A stretch of DNA of 64,000 nucleotides, taken from contig OZ038378.1 of assembly GCA_964036045.1 (NCBI GenBank), positions 84,878,001 to 84,942,000 on the forward strand. The letters are read 5' to 3'. Position numbers and translations under genes: made by a program. The DNA is from Eutreptiella sp. 'Long Island Sound 2002' (lineage: Eukaryota; Protista; Euglenida). The notes beneath the pieces were generated by a model that made no database searches, was not told the DNA's origin, and saw only the letters and a program-made list of their open reading frames with translations. Shown here one piece after another: positions 50,899-63,200 of this stretch; position 1 is the first letter of the stretch, and every line of letters starts with the position of its first letter.

Positions 50899-53800
50899 AG
50901 CACGAGGAATCATGGCCCGTAGTCGGAGACAGACGTATGCACCTGGGCCATCATTGCCCCCTTGACCGCCGGTCGCCCGAAGCGTTCGTCAGTTTTTGGG
51001 CGGTTCCCCGGGGCGGCCAAGGTTTCCTTCCTCTAACCATGGTTTCCCCCCAAGACTTTGGCATCGCAGAGTGACGGTGCAGAGTAGCGTTATGTGGTAT
51101 GGCACGGCAGTATCGAGTGGCAGTATGGCAGCGTGGCAGAGGAATGGAAAGTGCCCTGTGGCAATTCTGCTGTCCCTCACATGCGGTGTGCTGTGGTGAA
51201 GGAGAATCAACAGAGTCCATGACAGCACACGGTCCCGCTGAAGGACTACTGGACCATTTGGGAGGGTGCATCGGCAGCCCTCTCGCCCCCGAAAGCATGG
51301 GAGACGCCCCTCGAGTACACCCCTGGCCAACCCCCGAGTTTGCCCTGCGGGAGCACACCACTGCGCACGATTGCGCGGCTGCAGTTCACTTTGGTGTGGT
51401 GTGGCGTGGGCTGTGGGGGGCGCATTGTTGTGCTTTGCAGTCTCTTTCGTACTGTGTTAGAGCCTCGGTCAACAGCCCCCCACTCCTTTGCACAGCCCCC
51501 TCCCGGGGGGGGGGGGTCACTTGCCGCACATTACAGTGGAGTTGTAGTGGAAAGGTCAGGTTTGGGTCATCACACATGGTCTTCGGTGTGGAGAGTGGGT
51601 CGAGGGGGCGTCGTTTGGTGACCGTTCCTCGCGGGGGTTGCGGGAACCGTCGTGCGTTCCGAGGGTACTGTCCGCGGGGGCGGGGGGTTATGGTGCTGTG
51701 CTGTGCCGGTGTTGAACCCATTCTATTGTTTCGATCTGCGCATGTGTCTGTTGTGCCAGAGTCTACGACCATCTGACCCTCCGTCATCCTGCCTCTAGGC
51801 CCTGCATCGGACGACAGGCCCAACAACGTGGCGTGCAACATAGACCTCTTTGAGACCCCCGAACACATTCCCGTGCCACCGCCAACGACCTCAGTCCCAT
51901 CGGAGTCCTCCTCGCCGAGCGAAGCTCCTCCAGAATGCGGGGGCGATGCAGAGGGGTCAAGGCAAGCCCCACAGACGTGGGCACCCACTGTGCGTGCCTC
52001 ACCGGAGCGTGACGACTGCCCAGCGAGGCCCTATGCTCTTATCGAGACGACGGAGGCGTTGCAGGTGTTGCTCTTGAAGTGCCCTGTACTGACGATGGCG
52101 GCTGGCGATCACCGGACATTACGGGATGCTGAATTGATGGCAGTTCAGGATTCAATGATGGTGATGTATAGATCCATTATGCATCTGCAAGGCAAGAAAG
52201 CGGAACGCCAAGACATTGGGGCATATTCAAGTAGGGAATCCTCCCCCCCCCCCCGGGGGGGGAGGTGGGATTGGTGGCTATGACCATATGCCTGTGACAC
52301 GGGGATATATGCGAGCTCAGTATCCGTTGCTCATGGCCCCGGGGAGGTGGGAGGAAGGTTTGTGTGTGGTGGTGGTGGGGGATTGTTCAAGCCCTTTTAC
52401 CCCGGTGGGAGGGCGCGTTGGGGGAGTGGCTCCCGTGACAGAGCCCGTATAAAGTGGCAGTCTGAGGACCAGTCCTGGCTCAGAAGTTGGTGTCAGGCGT
52501 AAGTCGCTTATTTTTTTTTCTGGCGTATGTCGTAAGTCGAGAGTGGCAAAAAAACTCGAAAATGCATGGCACGCGACTAACACTTTTTTTGTGACGCAGC
52601 CTATGCAAAAATTACACGATTTAAGCTTTTAAAAAAAGACACGCGCCTTACACCAAAAAACAAAAAAACTCTCCCCCACTCTCAAGTGTTGGGGACCCCC
52701 CAGACAGCAGACAAAAGGGGTTATGTAGCCAATCTGCCCATTTGTGGGCCATTGCTGATTTGGTCTCCCGCTCTGAAGGGTTGGGGGACCCTAGGTCAGC
52801 AGGTGTTACGTAGCCAATCTGTCCCCTTGTGGGCCACTGCTGATTTTGTCCCCTGCTCTGAAGCTGAAGCGTTGGGGACCCCCCAGACGGCAAGGGTTAT
52901 GCAGCCAATCTGCCCACTTGTGGGCCACTGATGATTTTGTTTGCCGCTGTAAACCTTTGGGCATCCCCTAGACGGAGGGGTTCTGTAGCCAATCTGCCCA
53001 CTTGTGGGCCACCGCTAATTTTGGTCCCCCTTGCTGATTGGTCCCCCGGTGTGAAGCATTGGGGACCCCCCCCCCCCCCGACGCAGGGGTTGTGTAGCCA
53101 ATCTGCCCATTTGTGGGCCACTGCTGATTTTGTCCCCCGTTGTGAAGCATTGGGGACCACACACAGGGAGGTCATGTAGCCAATCTGCCCACTTGTCGGC
53201 TACTGCTGATTTGGTCCCCTACTCTGACGCGTTGGGGAACCCCCCTAGAAGGCAGGGGCCATGTCGCCAATCTGCCCGCTTGATGGGGCATTGCTGATTT
53301 TGTCGCCGGCTTTGAAGCATTGGGGAAGCCTCCAATGCCGCGCAAAGCCCAAAAAGCGTGTCCCAGCTTGGGAGGCCTCCCATGCCCCCCAGAACCCAAA
53401 ATGCCATGTCCTGGCCTCGGACGCCACGGAGGTCCCCGAAATCCCGAAATGCCATGTTCTAGCCTAGTAGGCCTCCCGAGCCCCCTAAATCCCAAAATAC
53501 TATGCCCTACCTAGAATGGGAGGCCTCCCAGGCCGCCCATATCCCAAAATGCCACGACCTAGCTTGGGAAACCTCCCAAGTACCCCGAATCCCAAAATGC
53601 AATGTCCACCCTGGGAAGCCGGCCCACAAGTGGGTAGATTGGCTACATTAGGCCTGCAGTCAGAGGGTCCCCAACCCTTCAAAGCACAGACAAAATCAGC
53701 TTTGCCGTTTGGGGCTACCCAACACTCATAACACGGGAAAGAATCAGCAATGGCCCGCAAGCCCCAATGCGGTAGAGCTCCGGACCAAGTCATTAGTGGC

Positions 53801-55313
53801 CCACATGTGGGCCGATTGGCGACATAACCCTTGCCATCCGGGGTTCCCCAATAATTCAAAGAGGGGTTTCAGGCTAGGACATGGCACTTTGGGATTTGGG
53901 GGGGCTGGGTGGCCTCCCAAGCTAGCACATGGCATTTTTGGCTTTGGGGGGCTTGGGAGGCGCCTCAAGCTAGGTAGGACATGGCATTGTTTGTTTTGGT
54001 GGACCTGCGAGGCCTACCAGCCTGGGACATGGTATTTTGGGTTTTGGGGGGCTTGGGAGGCCTCCCATGCTAAGACATGGCATTTTGGGAATTGGGAGGC
54101 TTGGGAGGCCTTTAAGGCTAGGACATGGCATTTGGGATTTCGGGGGCCTGGCTAGCCTCCCAAGCTACGACATGGCTTTTTGGACTTTGCGGGGTCTAGG
54201 AGGCCTCCTAGGCTGGGACGTGGAACCTTGGGCTTTACGGGGCATGGAGGCCTCCTAGGGTAGGGCATCCCACTTTGTGATTTTGGGGGGCCTAGGAGGG
54301 CCTCTAGGCTAGGACATGGCGTTTTGGGCTTTGGGGGGCTTGGGAGGCCTCCCGGGTTAGGGCATGGCATTTTTGGTTTGGGGTGGCCTCGGGCACCTTC
54401 CACGCCAGGACATGGCATTTCGGGATGTTGGGGGCGTCATGTGGCCTCTTAGGCTAGGACATGGCATTGTGGGATTTAAGGGGCCTGGGAGGCCAGGCCT
54501 TCCATGCATCTTTGCCTTTGGGGGGCCCTGAGGCTTCCTAGGCTAGGACATGGGATTTTGGGATTTCGGGGAGCTAGGAAGCCTGCCAAATCCCAAAATG
54601 CCAAGGTGGCACATTTTGGGATTTCGGGGACCGACGTCCCCGCTCTAAGGCGTTGAGGACCCCCCAGACAGCTAGTGTTATGTAGCCAACGTGCCCGCTT
54701 GTGGGCCACTATCCGTTCTGTCCCCCGCTCTAAAGTGTTCGAGACTCCCCAAGACGACAGCTGTTATGTAGCCAATTTGCCCGCTTGTGGGTCAATGCTG
54801 GTTTTGTCCCCTGCTTTGAAGCGTTGGGGACTCCCTAAACAGCAGGTGTGAGGTAGCCAATCTACCTGCTTACGGGCCATCGTTGATTGTTGTCCCCCGC
54901 TTTGAAGAATTGGCGAACTCCCGACATTGAGGGTCATGTCACCAATCTGCCACTTCTGGGCCACCGGTGAATTTTCTCCCATACCCTAAAGCGTTGGTGA
55001 CCTGGGGTTAGGTAGCCAATCTGCCCTCTTGCGGGCGACTGCAGATTTTGTCCCCTGCTTTGAAGCATTGGGCACCCCCCAACGGCAATGTCGATTTCTG
55101 TCCCCCGCAATGAAAGATGGGGGTCGCCCCACACGGCAAGTGTTATTCAGGCCATGTGCCCACAATGCTCATTTTGTCCCCCGCTCTGAAGCGTTTGGGA
55201 CGCCCCTAGACCGCATGGGTTATATATCCAATTTGCCCACTTATGGGCCACTATTTGTTTTGTTCCCCGCTGTGAAGCGTTGGGGAACCCCCCTAATCAG
55301 CATGTGTTATGTA

Positions 55314-56804
55314 CAGGGGCGGGGTGGAAAAAAATTTGCGCGAATTTTTTTGTACCCCCCCCCCCCCCGAAAAAAAAGCTGGCACGCCATGTAGGAATTT
55401 TTTTTCATCACGAGGAATTTTTTTATTGTGTGCTACTTGAACTTGTATGCCACCTTCACTTTGCCACATTGTAGGACTTTGGCACATGAACTACTGGCGA
55501 GATAAAAGTAGGTGGGTTTTTGTTTACATGGCGCCATTGATTTCTCTGCAATAGCAGGGGACAATTGTTAAATGCAATCGTCAGCCCGCGGACAAGGGGC
55601 CCCTGGCGCGGGACGCTGCCACCCACATTGGGCATTGTGTCCGATCCATCTACTCTCCAAGCGGAGCCGCTAGCCGTGCTACGCTAGCGGTGCCCCACTT
55701 AGCAATGAGTGTGGGCGAATCGTGGAACCACGTGACCACCAGCGTTTGGTGGCCGTGTGGAACCCGGGAGTTGAATTGCGGTACACAATGTGAAATGTGG
55801 GGTGTTCCACTTGTTTGTTTGTTTGTTTCACAACCCCAGGGTTATGTGCACATCATTGCTTCCGGAAGGTCAGTATGGCAGCCCTGGCAAAGCAAATTGT
55901 GCACAACGAGCCCATCCAATGTGTCGTCCCCGGGTGTGGCCGCTGGGAATCTCGCCACAACATGCCCGGCCATGGGGTGACCGCTTAATGCCACTAGAAA
56001 CACGAAACGACTCGAAACGGCCTTACGGGAGTGGGCACCCCGTTTGGCGGGCGAAACGTTGGCAAGCCAATGAAGGTTGGTAGGACATGGGGCTACAGTT
56101 GGGGGGGTCAGGACGAGCGATGTGCATGCAGTGCAGCGACAAACACGCGTTGAACTATACGTTTTTTGTAGTCACATAAAACCACAGTAGAAGAACTTTT
56201 GGCGATGTGCGCGCAAGAACGGCGTAGTGCGACAATGTGCACCATTTACACACATACAGAGACACACTAACACACCCACACACAAAACGTAGCCTCATTG
56301 AGAACCAATCTTTGTTGGCAAGCCATTGTGGCGTAGCGGTCATCAACCAGCATGCGAGAAGGCAATGGGGACATGACATGTGGGGTCCACTGTAGGCTTG
56401 GGCAACCTGCAGAACGGCCTGAATGTACAAGGATCACTCTTGTCCTTCAATGCTGCTGGTTTGCTTTCTCGCCCCAGATAGGGTGTATTGCCTTATCTGC
56501 GGACTGCCTGCCGATAAGAGGCCAGGGTGGGGCGCTACACTGCAGCCGGAACTGACCGGGGGTCTTTGTGCCCTTAAACGCAAATACCACCCATATCGGC
56601 CGAAATATCCATGGTTACTTTGAAAAATACCCTCCTTGCACCTTCCAATCCCAAACACGTGGGGTAGACTTAAGGAAATTTCAGGTTTTAGGGTCCTAAA
56701 AAATTTGTCGCGCATTTTTTTTGTACCCCCCTTCCCCTCCGGGGGTACCCCCCGAAAAAAAAAGGTGTACGCCGGTACCAGAAAATTTTTCCACCCCGCC
56801 CCTG
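55314..56804. mobile_element. Non-autonomous hAT-superfamily DNA transposon, 1491 bp
   Basis: Perfect 19-bp TIR CAGGGGCGGGGTGGAAAAA at both ends. 8-bp TSD GTTATGTA (55306-13); the right copy GTTATGAG (56805-12) has lost one T relative to the satellite consensus GTTATGTAGCC. No transposase ORF recognised. Confidence 0.88.
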
Positions 56805-57299
56805 GTTATGAGCCAATTTGCCCGCTTCTGTGCCACTGCTAGTTTTGTTCCCCGCCATGAAGCATTTGGGACCCCAGACAGCGACACTATGCAGCCAATT
56901 TGCCCACTTGTGGGCCGCCCCCCAAGGCTAGGATATAGCATTTTTGGGATTTCGGGGGTCTGGGCGGGCTCCTAGGCTAGGTGGGACATGGCATTGTTGG
57001 CTTTGGGGTGCTTGGCTGGCCTCCCAAGCTAGCACATGGCATCTTCAGCTATTGGGGGCTTGGGAGGCCTCCCAATGCCAAGATATGGCATTTTGGGTCT
57101 TTGGGGGGCTTGGGAGGCCTCCTATGCTAGAATATTGGCATTTTGGGACTTGGGGGACCTGGGCTGCCTCTCAAGCTAGGTAGGCCATGGCATTGTTTGT
57201 TTTTGGGGTCCTACAAGGCCTACTAGCCTAGGACATGGTATTTTGGGTTTCTGGGGGCCTGGAGGCCTCACATGGCATCTTGAGAATGGGGAGGCTTGG

Positions 57300-60200
57300 G
57301 ATGCTTTTCAGGCTAGGACACGGCATTTGGGAAATCGGGGCCCTGGGAGGCCTCCTAGGCTAGGACATGGGATTTTTGGTTTTTTGGGGGCGCGGGGCGC
57401 CTTCCATGCTAGGACATGGCATTTCGGGATATTGGGGCCTCCACGGCCTCTTAGGCTAGGACATGGCATTTTGATTTTTGCTTTTGGGCGGCCCCCGAGG
57501 CCTCCTAGGCTAGGACTAGGGATTATGGGATTTGCGGGGGCTAGGAGGCCTCCCAGACCCCAAAATGCCAAGCGAGCACATTTTTGGATTTGGGGGACTA
57601 ACGTGTCCACTTGTGGGCCATTGCTGACTTTTTTCCCCGCTCTAAAGCGTTGGGGACCCCCCAAGACTGCAAGTGATATGTAGCCAATTTGCCCGTTTGT
57701 CGGCCGGTGCTGGTTTTGATTCCCGCTTTGAAGCGTAGGGGACTCCCTAGACGGTAGGTGTCGTGTAGCTAGTCTGTGCGCTTGTGGGCCCTTGCTGATT
57801 TACCCCCGCTTTGAAGCATTGGCGAATCCTAGACATCGTGGATTATGTCGCCAATCTGCCCATTTGTGGGCCAGTGATGAATTTGTCTCCCACTCTAAAG
57901 CGTTGGGGACCCCTTATTCAAGATGGGTTATGTAGCCAATCTGCCCTCTTGCGTGCCACTACTGATTCTATTCCCCGCTTTGAAGCATCGGGCACCCCCC
58001 AACGGCAATGTTGATTCCCGTCCCCCGCCGTGAAAGGTTGGGAGTGCCCTACAAGGCACGTGTGATGTAGCTAATCTCTTCAGTTGTGGGCCACTGTTGG
58101 TCTTGTCTCCTGCTCTGAAGTGTTGGGGACCCCGCCCCCCCAGACGGTAGGTGTTCTGTAGCCAATATGCCCCCTTGCGTGCCGTAGCTGATTTCATCCC
58201 CCGCCTTGAAGCATTTGGGAAGCCATGGACAGTGACAGCTCTGTAGCTAATCTGCCCACGAATGCTGCTTTCCCCCCCAACTCTAAAGCGTTGCGGATCC
58301 CCGAGACAGCAAGCGCTATGTAGACAATCTGCCCACTTGTGGGCCACTATTGGTATGGTCCTCCGCTCTGAAGTGTTGGGGAACCCCCTCAAACGGTCGG
58401 TGTTATGTAGTCTATTCGCCCGCTTGCGTGCCACTGCCGATTTTGTCCCCCGTCTTGAAGCGTCTGGGAACCCCGTGACAGCGACAATTATGTGACCAAT
58501 TTGCCCTCTTGGCCGGCAACCGAAGCTAGGATATGGCATTTTGGGATTCGGGGGCTGATGGGATACCTTTGAGGCTGGGTAAGACACAACATTGTTGGCT
58601 TTGGAGAGCCTTGGAGGCCACCCGGGGTTGGACATTGTACGTTGGGATTTTGGGGGCTTGGCATGCTTGCCAGCCTAGAATTCGGCACTTTGGGAGTTTG
58701 GCGGCATTGGAGGCCTTCCAACTGAGACAGCACATGGCATTGTTTGTTTTTGGGCGCCTACGAAGCCTACTAGCCTAGGACATGGTATTTTGTTTTTTTT
58801 TGGGGGGCTAAAGGCCTTCCATGCCAAGACATGGCATTTTGGGATTTGGGAGGCGTGGAAGGCTTTTAAGTTTGGGGCATGGGATTTGGGGTTTGTTGAC
58901 CTAGCAGGCCTCCCAAGCAAAGACATGGCATTTTTGGGTTTTGGGGGCTTGCGAGGCCTGCCATGCAAGGAAGTGGATTTTTTGTGATCTTGGGGGCTTG
59001 GGAGGCCTCCTAGGCTAGGACATGGGATTTTTGGTTTTTTGGGGGCCCGGGGCGCCTTCCATGCTAGGACATAGAATTTCGGGATATTGGGGCCTCCACG
59101 GCCTCTTAGGCTAGGATATGTAGCCAATTCTCCCGTTTGTGGGCCAGTGCTGGTTTTGATTGCCGCTTTGAAGCGTAGGGGACTCCCTAGACGGTAGGTG
59201 TCGTGTAGCTAGTATGTGCGCTTGTGGGCCCTTGCTGATTCACCCCCGCTTTGAAGCATTGGCGAATCCTAGACATCGTGGATTATGTCGCCAATCTGCC
59301 CATTTGTGGGCCAGTGATGAATTTGTCTCCCACTCTAAAGCGTTGGGGACCCCTTATTCAAGATGGGTTATGTAGCCAATCTGCCCTCTTGCGTGCCACT
59401 ACTGATTCTATTCCCCGCTTTGAAGCATCGGGCACCCCCCAACGGCAATGTTGATTTCCATCCCCCGTCGTGAAAGGTTGGGAGTGCCCTACAAGGCACG
59501 TGTTATGTAGCTAATCTCTTCAGTTGTGGGCCACTGTTGGTCTTGTCTCCTGCTCTGAAGTGTTGGGGACCCCGCCCCCCCAGACAGTAGGTGTTCTGTA
59601 GCCAATATGCCCCCTTGCGTGCCGTAGCTGATTTCATCCCCCGCTTTGAAGCATTTGGGAAGCCATGGATAGTGACGGCTATGTAGCCAATCTGCCCACT
59701 TGTGCGCGAATGCTGCTTTCCCCCCCCAACTCTAAAGCGTTGCGGATCCCCGAGACAGCAAGCGCTATGTAGACAATCTGCCCACTTGTGGGCCACTATT
59801 GGTATGGTCCTCCGCTCTGAAGTGTTGGGGAACCCCCTCAAACGGTCGGTGTTATGTAGTGAATTCGCCCGCTTGCGTGCCACTGCCGATTTTGTCCCCC
59901 GTCTTGAAGCGTTTGGGAACCCCGTGACAGCGACAATTATGTGACCAATTTGCCCCCTTGGCCGGCAACCGAAGCTAGGATATGGCATTTTGGGATTCAG
60001 GGGCTGATGGGATACCTTTGAGGCTGGGTAAGACACAACATTGTCGGCTTTGGAGAGCCTTGGAGGCCACCCGTGGTTGGACATTGTACATTGGGATTTT
60101 GGGGGCTTGGCATGCTTGCTAGCCTAGAATTCGGCACTTTGGGAGTTTGGCGGCATTGGAGGCCTTCCAACTGAGACAGCACATGGCATTGTTTGTTTTT

Positions 60201-63200
60201 GGGCGCCTACGAAGCCTACTAGCCTAGGACATGGTATTTTGTTTTTTGGGGGGGGGCTAGAGGCCTTCCATGCCAAGACATGGCATTTTGGGATTTGGGA
60301 GGCGTGGAAGGCCTTTAAGTTCGGGGCATGGGATTTGGGGTTTGTTGACCTAGGAGGCCTCCCAAGCAAGGACATGGCATTTTTGGGTTTTGGGGGCTTG
60401 CGAGGCCTGCCATGCAAGGAAGTGGGTTTTTTGGATGTCGGGGGCTTGGGAGGCCTCCTAGGCTAGGACATGGGATTTTTGGTTTTTTGGGGGCCCGGGG
60501 CGCCTTCCATGCTAGGACATGGCATTTCGGGATATTGGGGCCTCCACGGCCTCTTAGGCTAGGATATGTAGCCAATTCTCCCGTTTGTGGACCAGTGCTG
60601 ATTTTGATTGCCGCTTTGAAGCGTAGGGGACTCCCTAGACGGTAGGTGTCGTGTAGCTAGTATGTGCGCTTGTGGGCCCTTGCTGATTTACCCCCGCTTT
60701 GAAGCATTGGCGAATCCTAGACATCGTGGATTATGTCGCCAATCTGCCCATTTGTGGGCCAGTGATGAATTTGTCTCCCACTCTAAAGCGTTGGGGACCC
60801 CTTATTCAAGATGGGTTATGTAGCCAATCTGCCCTCTTACATGCCACTACTGATTCTATTCCCCGCTTTGAAGCATCGGGCACCCCCCAACGGCAATGTT
60901 GATTTCCATCCCCCGTCGTGAAAGGTTGGGAGTGCCCTACAAGGCACGTGTTATGTAGCTAATCTCTTCAGTTGTGGGCCACTGTTGGTCTTGTCTCCTG
61001 CTCTGAAGTGTTGGGGACCCCGCCCCCCCAGACGGTAGGTGTTCTGTAGCCAATATGCCCCCTTGCGTGCCGTAGCTGATTTCATCCCCCGCTTTGAAGC
61101 ATTTGGGAAGCCATGGATAGTGACAGCTATGTAGCCAATCTGCTCACTTGTGCCCGAATGCTGCTTTCCCCCCCCAACTCTAAAGCGTTGCGGATCCCCG
61201 AGACAGCAAGCGCTATGTAGACAATCTGCCCACTTGTGGGCCACTATTGGTATGGTCCTCCGCTCTGAAGTGTTGGGGAACCCCCTCAAACGGTCGGTGT
61301 TATGTAGTGAATTCGCCCGCTTGCGTGCCACTGCCGATTTTGTCCCCCGTCTTGAAGCGTTTGGGAACCCCGTGACAGCGACAATTATGTGACCAATTTG
61401 CCCTCTTGGCCGGCAACCGAAGCTAGGATATGGCATTTTGGGATTCAGGGGCTGATGGGATACCTCTGAGGCTGGGTAAGACACGACATTGTTGGCTTTG
61501 GAGAGCCTTGGAGGCCGCCCGGGGTTGGACATTGTACATTGGGATTTTGGGGGCTTGGCAGGGTTGCCAGCCTAGAATTCGGCACTTTGGGAGTTTGGCG
61601 GCATTGGAGGCCTTCCAACTGAGACAGCACATGGCATTGTTTGTTTTTGGGCGCCTACGAAGCCTACTAGCCTAGGACATGGTATTTTGTTTTTTGGGGG
61701 GGGGCTAGAGGCCTTCCATGCCAAGACATGGCATTTTGGGATTTGGGAGGCGTGGAAGGCCTTTAAGTTTGGGGCATGGGATTTGGGGTTTGTTGACCTA
61801 GGAGGCCTCCCAAGCAAGGACATGGCATTTTTGGGTTTTGGGGGCTTGCGAGGCCTGCCATGCAAGGAAGTGGGTTTTTTGGATGTCGGGGGCTTGGGAG
61901 GCCTCCTAGGCTAGGACATGGGATTTTTGGTTTTTTGGGGGGCCGGGGCGCCTTCCATGCTAGGACATGGCATTTCGGGATATTGGGGCCTCCACGGCCT
62001 CTTAGGCTAGGACATGGCATTTTGATTTTTGCTTTTGGGCGGCCCCCGAGGCCTCCTAGGCTAGGACTAGGGATTATGGGATTTGCGGGGGCTAGGAGGC
62101 CTCCCAGACCCCAAAATGCCAAGCGAGCACATTTTTGGATTTGGGGGACTAACGTGTCCACTTGTGGGCCATTGCTGACTTTTTTCCCCGCTCTAAAGCG
62201 TTGGGGACCCCCCAAGACTGCAAGTGATATGTAGCCAATTTGCCCGTTTGTGGGCCAGTGCTGGTTTTGATTCCCGCTTTGAAGCGTAGGGGACTCCCTA
62301 GACGGTAGGTGTCGTGTAGCTAGTCTGTGCGCTTGTGGGCCCTTGCTGATTTACCCCCGCTTTGAAGCATTGGCGAATCCTAGACATCGTGAATTATGTC
62401 GCCAATCTGCCCATTTGTGGGCCAGTGATGAATTTGTCTCCCACTCTAAAGCGTTGGGGACCCCTTATTCAAGATGGGTTATGTAGCCCATCTGCCCTCT
62501 TGCGTGCCACTACTGATTCTATTCCCCGCTTTGAAGCATCGGGCACCCCCCAACGGCAATGTTGATTTCCATCCCCCGCCGTGAAAGGTTGGGAGCGCCC
62601 TACAAGGCACGTGTTATGTAGCTAATCTCTTCAGTTGTGGGCCACTGTTGGTCTTGTCTCCTGCTCTGAAGTGTTGGGGACCCCGCCCCCCTGTACAGTA
62701 GGTGTTCTGTAGCCAATATGCCCCCTTGCGTGCCGTAGCTGATTTCATCCCCCGTCTTGAAGCATTTGGGAAGCCATGGACAGTGACAGCTATGTAGCCA
62801 ATCTGCCCACTTGTGCGCGAATGCTGCCTTCCCCCCCAACTCTAAAGCTTTGCGGATCCCCGAGACAGCAAGCGCTATGTAGACAATCTGCCCACTTGTG
62901 GGCCACTATTGGTATGGCCCTCCGCTCTGAAGTGTTGGGGAACCCCCTCAAACGGTCGGTGTTATGTAGTCTATTCGCCCGCTTGCGTGCCACTGCCGAT
63001 TTTGTCCCCCGTCTTGAAGCGTTTGGGAACCCCGTGACAGTGACAATTATGTGACCAATTTGCCCCCTTGGCCGGCAACCGAAGCTAGGATATGGCATTT
63101 TGGGATTCAGGGGGTGATGGGATACCTCTGAGGCTGGGTAAGACACGACATTGTTGGCTTTGGAGAGCCTTGGAGGCCACCCGGGGTTGGACATTGTACC

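Noticed and set aside
52474-52497. CCTGGCTCAG...TGGTGTCAGG resembling my recollection of the start of the trypanosomatid Pr77/HDV-like ribozyme signature
   Set aside because: Only a 6-bp P1-like stem; the P3/L3 catalytic core and downstream P4/P2 matches are absent, and no LINE ORF follows.
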